Assembly (NCBI RefSeq): GCF_001481685.1
Contig: NZ_CP006867.1
Coordinates: 420,001-452,000, forward strand
Direction of reading: 5' to 3'
Length of the DNA: 32,000 nt
Source: Ignicoccus islandicus DSM 13165
GTDB taxonomy: Archaea > Thermoproteota > Thermoprotei_A > Sulfolobales > Ignicoccaceae
Shown here in pieces: positions 9,882 to 18,444 of the stretch. A program made the translations under genes and the position numbers. The notes under the pieces are model-generated. The model did no database searches. It was not told the origin of the DNA and was given only the letters and a program-made list of their open reading frames with translations. Positions within the stretch are counted from its first letter, which is position 1; every line of letters starts with the position of its first letter.

Positions 9882-10088
9882 ATGACGAGCGCGTTAAGAT
9901 TAAAAGCAGGTAAGTTCAAACTGCCAACTGAAGCGAAAAACTGTAAAGAGTGTATTTTTTACATCTCCCTAGCGAAGTGGTGTGCTAAACACGAGATGCC
10001 TATAGCAGACCCGGAGAAGAAGAACTGTACAGCAAAGAACCTCTTGGGCAACAACGTAAAACCTATTGAGGAGTTCCTAACTATATAG
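9882..10088 (+). CDS. small cysteine-containing protein between uL29 and Rpp29
   Basis: 68 aa; KNCKECIFYISLAKWCAKHEMPIADPEKKNC. It sits 10 nt upstream of the Rpp29 gene on the same strand. Confidence 0.75.
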   Translation: MTSALRLKAGKFKLPTEAKNCKECIFYISLAKWCAKHEMPIADPEKKNCTAKNLLGNNVKPIEEFLTI

Positions 10089-10098
10089 GGGATTTCAC

Positions 10099-10377
10099 GT
10101 GCCTAAAAACGAGAGGAACTTAGCTTACCATAACGTAATAGGTCTCGAAGTTGAAGTTGTTGAACATCCCGATAACTCCTTGATAGGATTAAAAGGAATT
10201 GTAGCTATGGAAACTAGAAACACGTTCCTAATAAAAAGCATAGATGGAAAGGAGAGGAGGGTTTTGAAGATTGGTTACTTCAGATTTACCCTTCCTAACG
10301 GAAGGAAAGTATTAATAGAAGGGTCCAAGATTGTTGGTAGACTAGAGGAAAGGATAAAGAGGATTCGAAAGCTTTAG
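10099..10377 (+). CDS. rnp1: RNase P protein component 1 (Rpp29)
   Basis: 92 aa; HNVIGLEVEVVEHPDNSLIGLKGIVAMETRNTFLIKSIDGKERRVLKIGYFRFTLPNGRKVLIEGSKIVGRLEERIKRI. Confidence 0.93.
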   Translation: MPKNERNLAYHNVIGLEVEVVEHPDNSLIGLKGIVAMETRNTFLIKSIDGKERRVLKIGYFRFTLPNGRKVLIEGSKIVGRLEERIKRIRKL

Positions 10378-10664
10378 GATTGGTTCGAAATTCTCTTAAA
10401 TACCGGACACTCTGAGCGCCTCTCGCACTCCCACCTTACCCCTAAGGACTCGAACACTTTCTCCCAACATTCCCTCTCTCCTTTCAGTGAACTGAGGGAG
10501 TAGACTTGGTAAGGCAAGTCGTCTATTTCATAGAGCTTGCCCGTCTCGACATCATATAAAATTACCCTCCTCTTCTGATTTACGTGATCGATCTCTTCCA
10601 TTGCTATTACGAGAGGGCAGAAGCCCATTCGGGACGGTAAGAACTTGAAGCTCGATCTCGACAT
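10374..10664 (-). CDS. hypothetical protein, 96 aa
   Basis: Open frame filling the gap between rnp1 and the KaiC-like gene. Its stop overlaps the rnp1 stop (TTAG). Confidence 0.6.
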   Translation of the reverse strand: MSRSSFKFLPSRMGFCPLVIAMEEIDHVNQKRRVILYDVETGKLYEIDDLPYQVYSLSSLKGERECWEKVFESLGVRWECERRSECPVFKRISNQS

Positions 10665-10722
10665 TACTTCTACCTTACTTATAAGCCTTATTGAAGGTTA
10701 ATAAGGAAACTGGTGAGCGAAA

Positions 10723-11523
10723 GTGAAGAGATTGAGTACTGGTATAGGAGGGTTAGACCGTCTCATTGCAGGCGGAATTCCGGAAGGCTTCTTAGTAGCT
10801 GCCGTAGGCGAACCGGGGACCGGGAAGACGATCTTCTCCTTACATTTCGCATGGAGGGGTATAATTGAGGGTCAAAAAGTAATATACGTTACCACTGAAG
10901 AGAGTAGGGAAAGTATAGTAAACCAAGCGAAGATGTTCGGTATGGACTTTGAAGGGGCTATGCGAGACAAACAGATGATAATAATAGATGCATTGCTAAG
11001 AAGCAAGAGCGATAAATGGAACCTAGTGGAGTTGAGTATTGAAGAACTAGTGAGTAAGATAATAGAAGCAAAGAAGGAACTCGGTTTCGGAGAGGCCAGA
11101 GTGGTAATAGATTCAATGAGCGCGTTCTGGTTAGATAAACCTGCAATGGCTAGGAAGTACTCATACTTCGTAAAAAGAGTATTAAATAAATGGAATATGA
11201 CGATAGTGGCAACGTCTCAATACGCGATAACTACGAACTTCGGTTTCGGATTCGGCATAGAGCACGTAGCGGACGGAATAATCAGGTTCAAGAAGCTAAT
11301 AAAAGGCGGAGAACTAAAGAGGTATCTCATAATTGAAAAAATGAGACAAACCCCTCACTCCTTAAAAGTTCATGAAATAGAGATAAGGGATGGTATAGGG
11401 ATGGTAGTAAAGGGTCCAGTAGAATATACGCGAGACGAAGTTACGTTGCCCAAGGAGGTTAGGGAGGCAGTCATCAAAGGTGTGGAGAGGAGGGAACTCG
11501 AGGAGAAATTAATGGAACTTTAA
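10723..11523 (+). CDS. KaiC/RadA-superfamily ATPase (single KaiC domain)
   Basis: STGIGGLDRLIAGGIPEGFLVAAVGEPGTGKTIFSLHFAWRG...VIYVTTEES...ARVVIDSMSAFW. Confidence 0.92.
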   Translation: MKRLSTGIGGLDRLIAGGIPEGFLVAAVGEPGTGKTIFSLHFAWRGIIEGQKVIYVTTEESRESIVNQAKMFGMDFEGAMRDKQMIIIDALLRSKSDKWNLVELSIEELVSKIIEAKKELGFGEARVVIDSMSAFWLDKPAMARKYSYFVKRVLNKWNMTIVATSQYAITTNFGFGFGIEHVADGIIRFKKLIKGGELKRYLIIEKMRQTPHSLKVHEIEIRDGIGMVVKGPVEYTRDEVTLPKEVREAVIKGVERRELEEKLMEL

Positions 11524-12677
11524 CCCTTGTAATGTATCTCTATTACATCTCCATCTGCTACTTCGTGATCTAATCCGACTCGTTCTCCAGGATACTTAGC
11601 GGACGGGCCCCACACCTTCGCGTATTTAAAACCTTCCAGCATCCTGGAGTGTATCGATTTAGCGACGTCCCTTACCGTTGCACCCTTCTTAAGGACCAAG
11701 GGTTTGTCTGCAACGTCACCGTTCGGTTTCTTTGTATAGACCCTTACTAAGTCGAGTAACTCGAAGAACGTCCTTCCAAGCTCTTGTATACCGTCTTTAG
11801 TCCTCGAGGAAAACACTATTATTGGAGAATCTCCCTTGTAGAACTCCTTGAACTTGTCTATTTTCTCCTTAGCTTCGGGTAAATCGGCTTTATTTAAAAT
11901 TATAACTGATGGTTTATACTGCGATGTACCGAGAATGGTCTTTTCGACATCGTCTAGCGTTACATCGCCTACTATTTTCACCGTAGCGTTGTAGATCTTG
12001 TAAACTTTGAGCAGGCTCTTGACGTCATCTACTGAAGCGTCTTTTAGGTTGCCCATTATTACAACTTTTATCCCACCTGCTCTCTCCTTAGTTATTTCGA
12101 CTCTCCCCTTAGGCTTCTTTAGGACTACTCCATTCTCTTCAAGTAGATTTACTAGGTACTTGTATTGCTTTATTGGATCTAACGATAGATCTAGGACCAA
12201 GGCGACGGCATCGGCGTTCTTAACCAAACCTACGCTCCTGTGAACCCACTTAACGTTAGGAGCAACGGGAGGAGCCTCAACGAGCTGGAACTGTATGTCC
12301 TCGTACTGAAGCATGCCCGTTACGGGAACTAAAGTAGTAAACGGCCTAGGCGAAACCTCTACCTTGGCCCTCGTTGAGGTCGCTATTATACTGCTCTTAC
12401 CAGAGTTCGGTATACCGAAGAGGACTACTTGCGCCGCACCCTCTTTCTCTACAACGAACGGATTGTAGCCTCCCTTTCTCTTCCTTCTCTCAGTCTCGAG
12501 CTCTTCCTTAAGTTCCGCTAACCTCCTCTTAGCCCAATAGAGGAGGTTCTCTGCGCCTTTGTGCTTAGGGGCGACCTTAAGGAACTCCTCGAGGGCCCTT
12601 ATCTTAGCCTCAGGAGTCTTGGCTTCGGAGTACTCGTTCAACTTCGCCTGAGCTTCGGGCGGTAGGTTTGCTGGCAT
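11520..12677 (-). CDS. DRG/Obg-like GTP-binding protein with C-terminal TGS domain
   Basis: 385 aa; GIPNSGKSS (G1), VILNKADL (G4), TGS segment HSRMLEGFKYAKVWGPSAKYPGERVGLDHEVADGDVIEIHYKG. TATA-like TTTATA upstream. Confidence 0.92.
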   Translation of the reverse strand: MPANLPPEAQAKLNEYSEAKTPEAKIRALEEFLKVAPKHKGAENLLYWAKRRLAELKEELETERRKRKGGYNPFVVEKEGAAQVVLFGIPNSGKSSIIATSTRAKVEVSPRPFTTLVPVTGMLQYEDIQFQLVEAPPVAPNVKWVHRSVGLVKNADAVALVLDLSLDPIKQYKYLVNLLEENGVVLKKPKGRVEITKERAGGIKVVIMGNLKDASVDDVKSLLKVYKIYNATVKIVGDVTLDDVEKTILGTSQYKPSVIILNKADLPEAKEKIDKFKEFYKGDSPIIVFSSRTKDGIQELGRTFFELLDLVRVYTKKPNGDVADKPLVLKKGATVRDVAKSIHSRMLEGFKYAKVWGPSAKYPGERVGLDHEVADGDVIEIHYKG

Positions 12678-12715
12678 TAAGTTCCCTCTAGGCCTAAAAG
12701 ATTATAAATAAGTTT

Positions 12716-13273
12716 TTAAGTTTGAGTAGCTTGACGCTTGGTCCTTATGTATATAAGCATGTCTCCCGGCTTCATCCTCCTTATTGGAGGTTCCCAACGT
12801 CCCCTTACTAATAGAGCCATAGGGATACCGTCCTTACCTGCGAGCTGATAGGGGTCGCAACCCTTTCTCTCGATGCATTCCTTTGAGGCCAGTTCCATCT
12901 TACCAGTTACAATGTTTAGTAGGAACATGCCTGCGTAAGGGTGGACAGCGAGTAGAGCCATTATTTGCGCTAGTATGTTAGCTGAAATCACAACGTCGGC
13001 TCCGAGCCTCGATAGAAGCCTTCCTACTTCTTCATCGTGAACCAACGCGACGAGCTTAGGAACTTCGCACTCTGATTCTATAGCGCTCTCTACTATATCT
13101 AAAACAGCATATATTACGCTCTCGTCCTCACCGCAAACTATTATGTTTGTATAAGAACAGATGTCTTCTCCCTCTCCGAATTCCTCTAAGTATTTCGCCG
13201 CAATGTTAGCTTCTTCCACGTACTCGTTTAACATATCGCATTGAGTGCCTCTACCCACTATCAGCAGACGCAA
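12716..13273 (-). CDS. RCK/TrkA-like protein (degenerate N-terminal nucleotide-binding fold, TrkA_C-like C-terminus)
   Basis: MRLLIVGRGTQC, LVALVHDEEVGRLLSRLGADVVISANILAQIMA, IPMALLVRGRWEPPIRRMKPGDMLIYI. Confidence 0.6.
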   Translation of the reverse strand: MRLLIVGRGTQCDMLNEYVEEANIAAKYLEEFGEGEDICSYTNIIVCGEDESVIYAVLDIVESAIESECEVPKLVALVHDEEVGRLLSRLGADVVISANILAQIMALLAVHPYAGMFLLNIVTGKMELASKECIERKGCDPYQLAGKDGIPMALLVRGRWEPPIRRMKPGDMLIYIRTKRQATQT

Positions 13274-13919
13274 AGAATTCTACCACCTCCTTAACGGCCT
13301 CTGTCATTAATTCGAGTAGCTTCTCACCTTCCTCCTTTCGTGCATCGGCTATGGACTTAGGAGAGCACCCGTACTCAGTACTAATCCAAGGTATGAACGC
13401 TCCCGGAAGGGAAGGCGGACTCTTCGCTTGTCTTTCCTTCCTTATAACTACGCTATAGCCCAAAGCCAAAGCTACTGAGGCTTCGGCCCTGCATAGGTCT
13501 TGAAAGTCCCTATAGCCGTTTTCTTCTACTACCTTCCACAAGTCTACCATGGCCACTAAGTTACCCCTCCTCCATGCCTCCATGACTACCGCTTGAACCA
13601 CTGGTACAACACCTTTATGGGCAACAACGAATATGACTGGTCTGTTTACCAGTTTATACAATTGTTCGGAGAGGCTAGAGAGGTGCATTGTCAGGACTTC
13701 TAATGGAATAGTTATAGATTTAACGTGTTCCGGGCTAAAGCTGTAGTTAATGGACGGGGCTACAACGACCCCCTCTACATTACAAGAAACTCTCTCCGCG
13801 ATTTTCGTATCTAAGCTCAGTGGAAGCGGTCCATGATCTTCCAAACTACCTACTGGTACTAAGACTGCACTAAAACCCTTGAGCTCCCTAGTCGAAATAT
13901 CCGATAAGAACTTACACAA
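13251..13919 (-). CDS. creatininase-family protein (possible ArfB-like)
   Basis: VLVPVGSLEDHGPLPLSLDTKIAERV matches the creatininase N-terminal metal site pattern; overlaps the start of the downstream gene by 23 nt. Confidence 0.75.
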   Translation of the reverse strand: MCKFLSDISTRELKGFSAVLVPVGSLEDHGPLPLSLDTKIAERVSCNVEGVVVAPSINYSFSPEHVKSITIPLEVLTMHLSSLSEQLYKLVNRPVIFVVAHKGVVPVVQAVVMEAWRRGNLVAMVDLWKVVEENGYRDFQDLCRAEASVALALGYSVVIRKERQAKSPPSLPGAFIPWISTEYGCSPKSIADARKEEGEKLLELMTEAVKEVVEFFASADSG

Positions 13920-13931
13920 CTCAAATTCCCC

Positions 13932-14684
13932 TCAGAGGGTGTAACCTAGTAATACCTTAGCTTTCACTACACCTACCATCTTCTTGCTCTTATCAACTAT
14001 CGGTAGAACCTCCATTTGTGAATTCAGCATTTGAGTAGCTAGCTCCTTGACCTTAGCTTCATAGAAATAATAAACTTCACTGGAACTAACTATATCACCA
14101 ACTGCTTCTTCGAGTGTCCTCGGGTCTCCAGCATTGATCATTGATAAAACTTCCTCTCTGGTGAAATGCTCTAGGAAACGGAGCGGAGTAACGTAGCCCA
14201 TTATCCTCTTCTGTCCAACGAATAGGTAACCGTTCAAGTTAAAGGTTAACGACCGTACTATCGCCTCCTTAATTGACATCATCGGATCCGCAAGCAATAC
14301 CCTTGAGTCTAATACGTCCTTCGCTTGAAGGTCTGGTAGGGACTTCATGAATTTGCCCAATAAGTATATCGATGAAGCGACGTTGCCTCCCTTAAGAACC
14401 ACTGCGTTAAGATCTCTCACGACTAGTTCCTTCCTAGCTTCCCTCTCATCGTTGACTATCGGGACCTCGTAACTCCACTGTTCCGCTTCAGAGCTCAAGA
14501 GGTCCGCTAAATCAACAACGGAGTTCGCCGTGGATATCGCCCTAAGCACTTGGACACTGTCCACTAACTTGATCGGAGCACCTTCTAAGAGAACGTAATT
14601 CGAATTGGACATAACCATGGTCTTGGCTATATCAAGTAAGCTTACGTCCCTTGCAAGGGGTCCTACGGTTGTATGTGTTATCAT
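13932..14684 (-). CDS. CBS-domain protein
   Basis: VGPLARDVSLLDIAKTMVMSNSNYVLLEG and LLADPMMSIKEAIVRSLTFNLNGYLFVGQKRIMGYVTPLRFLEH are CBS-like repeats. Confidence 0.75.
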   Translation of the reverse strand: MITHTTVGPLARDVSLLDIAKTMVMSNSNYVLLEGAPIKLVDSVQVLRAISTANSVVDLADLLSSEAEQWSYEVPIVNDEREARKELVVRDLNAVVLKGGNVASSIYLLGKFMKSLPDLQAKDVLDSRVLLADPMMSIKEAIVRSLTFNLNGYLFVGQKRIMGYVTPLRFLEHFTREEVLSMINAGDPRTLEEAVGDIVSSSEVYYFYEAKVKELATQMLNSQMEVLPIVDKSKKMVGVVKAKVLLGYTL

Positions 14685-14736
14685 GAGGTTTTCTCCCTAG
14701 AACCTATAGAACACATGCTTCAAAAACGATTGCTCA

Positions 14737-15204
14737 TCACATTTCCTTTCTAACCGAGTCTAACAAGACTTTGGCGAAGGTTGCGACTGCCGCCCTAGCC
14801 TTCTCCTCCAAGGTTCCCATATTAGCCAGTTCCACGTATACTTCGCTTGGATCGCCGCCTGCGCTCTCATAGATTAGAGCTAGCACATCGGCTACATCGC
14901 TCGTTAAGAGCGAAATTAGCTTCGCCCTCAATTCCTCGCTCAGATTCCCGTTGACCAGTTCGAGTAGTACCTCTGCTCTCTCTGCCGCCTCCTCAAGCAC
15001 GGTCTGACCAACGTTTTCTATTATTTCAGAAAACGTAGAGCTTACTTCTAAGTTAATCGGCATTGCGTTCGCCTTAAGCATGAATTCGAGTAACTCGTCC
15101 TCCACCTCTTTCTTTAAATTCTCCTCTGTAAGACCAAGACCGTTTAGAGCAGTAACTATTGAAGCTTTATCAACTACTTTAGATGCACTCACACTCGATC
15201 CCAT
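14737..15204 (-). CDS. hypothetical helical protein, 155 aa
   Basis: Open frame, Glu/Leu-rich, predicted mostly helical; no family recognised. Confidence 0.65.
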   Translation of the reverse strand: MGSSVSASKVVDKASIVTALNGLGLTEENLKKEVEDELLEFMLKANAMPINLEVSSTFSEIIENVGQTVLEEAAERAEVLLELVNGNLSEELRAKLISLLTSDVADVLALIYESAGGDPSEVYVELANMGTLEEKARAAVATFAKVLLDSVRKEM

Positions 15205-15207
15205 TAC

Positions 15208-15714
15208 TTGGATAATACCCCTCAGGGTATTTTAAGGAGGGAACGGGCCTTGAATAGATCAAGGACGCTAGTTCCATTGATTTTCGCACTCACCTTGTTA
15301 CTCTCAATCTCCCTTAGCCCTTGGTGGAATCCTTGGAACTACTCCCTAAGCGCACTAGGGAGCGCCTCTAATGGATTGGGAGGCGCTGTATTTAACGGAG
15401 GGCTTGCGCTAACGTCATGGGAACTCGAAAAGGGGTCCTCTAGCGATCTACTACTCTTAATCGCGTTAGGAATTGGGTTGGTAGCTGCAATTAACATAGA
15501 CTTCGGGTTAGCTCACTTCATAGTCTCAGTGTTGTTATTCCTATTGCTTTACGCATACGTATTAAGCAATGCATCGATAGAAGGCTACGTGGGAACTGCG
15601 CTCTCAATAGGCCTATGGATCTCTCACTTCCTTTACGGCGTCCCTCCGGGAGTCGCTATTCCAGAGCTCTCAGCAATAGCGTTAGCTCTATACTACTACG
15701 TTACTCGTCCTTAA
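15208..15714 (+). CDS. DUF998-like membrane protein
   Basis: SLSPWWNPWNYSLSALGS...GLGGAVFNGGLALTS with several TM segments. The true start is probably the TTG near 15250, after the AAGGAGG at about 15233-15240. Confidence 0.75.
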   Translation: MDNTPQGILRRERALNRSRTLVPLIFALTLLLSISLSPWWNPWNYSLSALGSASNGLGGAVFNGGLALTSWELEKGSSSDLLLLIALGIGLVAAINIDFGLAHFIVSVLLFLLLYAYVLSNASIEGYVGTALSIGLWISHFLYGVPPGVAIPELSAIALALYYYVTRP

Positions 15715-15847
15715 GCTGAACCAGCGTGGAAACCTCGCTTATCATTTGTTCCAGTTCAACGCATTTATCCATAATAGCTTCCAGAAGTTTTTCTATAGCT
15801 TCTAGCTTGGCTTCCAAGTACTCTAATTCCTTACATTTACTCGGCAT
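15701..15847 (-). CDS. small coiled-coil-like protein, 48 aa
   Basis: Not in the supplied track. Manual translation: MPSKCKELEYLEAKLEAIEKLLEAIMDKCVELEQMISEVSTLVQLKDE; fills the gap before purF. Confidence 0.4.
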   Translation of the reverse strand: MPSKCKELEYLEAKLEAIEKLLEAIMDKCVELEQMISEVSTLVQLKDE

Positions 15848-15943
15848 GTTTTTCATTACCAACAATCGTCTGCTTCAGGACAGTTGTTAAAGTAACTCCT
15901 AACTTTAACCGGAAGCGACTGATGCTTCCACGGGCTAACGTAA

Positions 15944-17239
15944 ATGTGTGGCATCGCTGCTGCGGGTAGGGCCGACGAAGTCTTCGTGCTTCTGGAAGGA
16001 CTCCAACACAGAGGGCAAGAGAGTGCCGGGATTGCGTGGATCGAAGGCAATGAGATAAAGTTCGTTGGAGGTTTGGGAATGGTAAAGGAAGCTATAAGGG
16101 AAATACCGGATAGAGGGCCTGCAATAGGTCACGTGAGGTACTCCACTTCCGGGGGTTACTCGAACGTCCAACCGGTTTACAACAAGAAAATTGCATTAGC
16201 TTTCAATGGAAATATAGTGAACTTCTTTCAACTAGCTAACGCTCGTTGGGACGCGGAAGCGCTGTTGCTCGCGATAACTTCTGAGATTACGAAGGGAAAA
16301 GATCTGTTTAGCGCAACTAAAGAGGTGCTCGGAAAGGCCAAGGGAAGTTATAGTTTGGTTCTACTTCATAACTCCGGGAGGGTTATAATCGCTAGAGACC
16401 CGTATGGCTTCAGGCCGTTAGCAATTAACCCACCGTACGTGGCATCGGAAACGGCCGCCCTCGAGGACATTGGATTGAATTGGATCGAAGTTGCCCCCAA
16501 TAGAATAATTGAAATTGAAGGGGAATTCGTCGTAAGGGAAGAGGAAATTGTTGAAAGTAGTAAAAGGGCTTATTGTGCGTTCGAGTACGTTTACTTCCAA
16601 AGGCCGGAGAGCTACTTCAATGGAGTAAACGTTCACGAAAGCAGAAAGAGAATGGGATATATTTTGGCTCGCGAAAAGCCTGCAGACGGAGACGTGGTTA
16701 TACCAGTTCCCGATTCAGGGAGGAGCGCAGCAATAGGCTTTTCTATTTACTCAAAGATACCGTTGGACGAGGGCTTGGTTAAGAACAGATACGTCGGCAG
16801 GAGCTTCATTATGCCCCCTACCCTAAGGGAACAGATAACCTTGAAGAAATACGGTGTTGTGAGAGAAGTGGTTGAAGGTAAGAGGGTCGTCTTAGTTGAC
16901 GATAGCATCGTTAGAGGTACTACCATGAAGAAAATTGTGAGAATGATAAAGGAAAAAGGAGCGAGGGAAGTTCACGTAAGGGTAGCTTCGCCACCGGTCA
17001 GGGCCCCATGTTATATGGGAATAGACTTCCCTACTAAAGAAGAATTGATCGCTTCCAGATATAATGAGGAAGAGATGGCTCGGTTATGGAACGCAGATAG
17101 CGTAGGTTACTTGAGCGTGGAGGGCCTCAAGGAAGCTATAGGCTTGGGTAACGATCTCTGCTTGGCTTGCTTCACTGGAGTATATCCCTTTAAGATAAGC
17201 GAGGACGAAGTTAGGGCCTTTTTGAGGACTCATAGGTAA
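15944..17239 (+). CDS. purF: amidophosphoribosyltransferase
   Basis: MCGIAAAG with Cys2 nucleophile, LQHRGQESAGIAW, GHVRYSTSGG, PRT motif VVLVDDSIVRGTT, GIDFPTKEELIA. Confidence 0.97.
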   Translation: MCGIAAAGRADEVFVLLEGLQHRGQESAGIAWIEGNEIKFVGGLGMVKEAIREIPDRGPAIGHVRYSTSGGYSNVQPVYNKKIALAFNGNIVNFFQLANARWDAEALLLAITSEITKGKDLFSATKEVLGKAKGSYSLVLLHNSGRVIIARDPYGFRPLAINPPYVASETAALEDIGLNWIEVAPNRIIEIEGEFVVREEEIVESSKRAYCAFEYVYFQRPESYFNGVNVHESRKRMGYILAREKPADGDVVIPVPDSGRSAAIGFSIYSKIPLDEGLVKNRYVGRSFIMPPTLREQITLKKYGVVREVVEGKRVVLVDDSIVRGTTMKKIVRMIKEKGAREVHVRVASPPVRAPCYMGIDFPTKEELIASRYNEEEMARLWNADSVGYLSVEGLKEAIGLGNDLCLACFTGVYPFKISEDEVRAFLRTHR

Positions 17240-17245
17240 AGGCAA

Positions 17246-18205
17246 TCATAATGGGATTAGCTTATCTACAGTTCCCCTCATCTTACCCTTTACCCAGAGT
17301 AACCTGATACCCATTACTAACACGTCCTTGAATTTTCCCGTTTCGAACTCTAGTTCCTTAGCTTCGCCTTCGTTTAGTTCTCCCAAGTCCTTTCTATCCA
17401 ATACTGCGCCCGACGAATACAGAATTACCAGAACCTTGTCTGCCTTGGACCCCTCGTTCTTGATAACTATTTTTATCTTGTTGCTAGATCGGTCGGTTTC
17501 CAAAGTTAGCTTAGGGAGGTTATATGAAAAGGAACCGAGAACGAGGGTTAGCGGAACGAATTCGCTCGTTCCCTCTAAGGCGTATCCACCTCCTTTGGAG
17601 CATTCCAACTCTATCTCCTCGGTTCCAACGAACGAAACCTCGCTTACGCACGGTCCAACCTTGGCCTTGATGTTGTTCCTATCCCTTGAATACACGACTG
17701 AGTATATCTTACCGCTCTTCACAGGGTCTAACGAACCACTCAATGCTCTGAATGGTCTCATCGATACTCCGTAATAATAATGAGCTTGCCCCAAATCCTT
17801 GTAGGAATAGAAAACTACTATGCTTGATTGAATTACCTTAATTGGTGAGTTGCTATTATTAACGACCCTCAGCACTGGGTCACTCAACACTACGTGCTTA
17901 GTGGGCGTTACATCGAATATGAATTTATGAATTATAGAGTTACCCATGCTTCCAGAGAGCGTAGGCTTAAATTCCTTTGTTAGAGAGAAATCTCCTATAT
18001 ATACTCTCCAGTTTCGAGTCTCTCCGACGACTGTTAGATCCAAGAACATCTTCTCGATGCTTGCTTCTTCCGGTATAGTAAAACTTAGAGGGATGTCCGT
18101 ACTTCTCCTCGATTCACCGTTGAGGTCCTCAACCTTTAGGGACGTTACTATTTCGACACCACCGTCAATCTCAATGTCAGCGACTTTCAGAAGCTCTCCA
18201 ATCAT
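17246..18205 (-). CDS. hypothetical protein, 319 aa, probably beta-rich
   Basis: Long open frame with no recognised family; alternating hydrophobic/polar strand-like pattern. Confidence 0.65.
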   Translation of the reverse strand: MIGELLKVADIEIDGGVEIVTSLKVEDLNGESRRSTDIPLSFTIPEEASIEKMFLDLTVVGETRNWRVYIGDFSLTKEFKPTLSGSMGNSIIHKFIFDVTPTKHVVLSDPVLRVVNNSNSPIKVIQSSIVVFYSYKDLGQAHYYYGVSMRPFRALSGSLDPVKSGKIYSVVYSRDRNNIKAKVGPCVSEVSFVGTEEIELECSKGGGYALEGTSEFVPLTLVLGSFSYNLPKLTLETDRSSNKIKIVIKNEGSKADKVLVILYSSGAVLDRKDLGELNEGEAKELEFETGKFKDVLVMGIRLLWVKGKMRGTVDKLIPL

Positions 18206-18266
18206 TCACACTTACCGCTAGAAAACTTATTTTACGAATTTAAAAGAACTCCAAGGTACCCTCTAC

Positions 18267-18320
18267 GAGAGCGGGATGAGTGATTACTCCCGGACTGATG
18301 AGTGATGAAAACTTACCCGA
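18267..18320 (+). ncRNA. candidate C/D-box-like sRNA or uL3 leader element
   Basis: GGATGAGTGATTACTCCCGGACTGATGAGTGATGAAAAC contains CTGA followed by GTGATGA, with the 10-mer GATGAGTGAT repeated at 18275 and 18297. TATA-like AATTTAAAAG is at 18237-18246. The final D box is not clear. Confidence 0.25.
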
Positions 18321-18444
18321 AGGACCGTTTCGCCATGAGGAGGCCTCGCGGTAATGATTCAATGATAGAACCGACTTCGGGACCGAGCGATACAAATTGT
18401 AGACTTCAAAAAGCCCTCCACTATGAGCCAATGGGGGAACTAAC

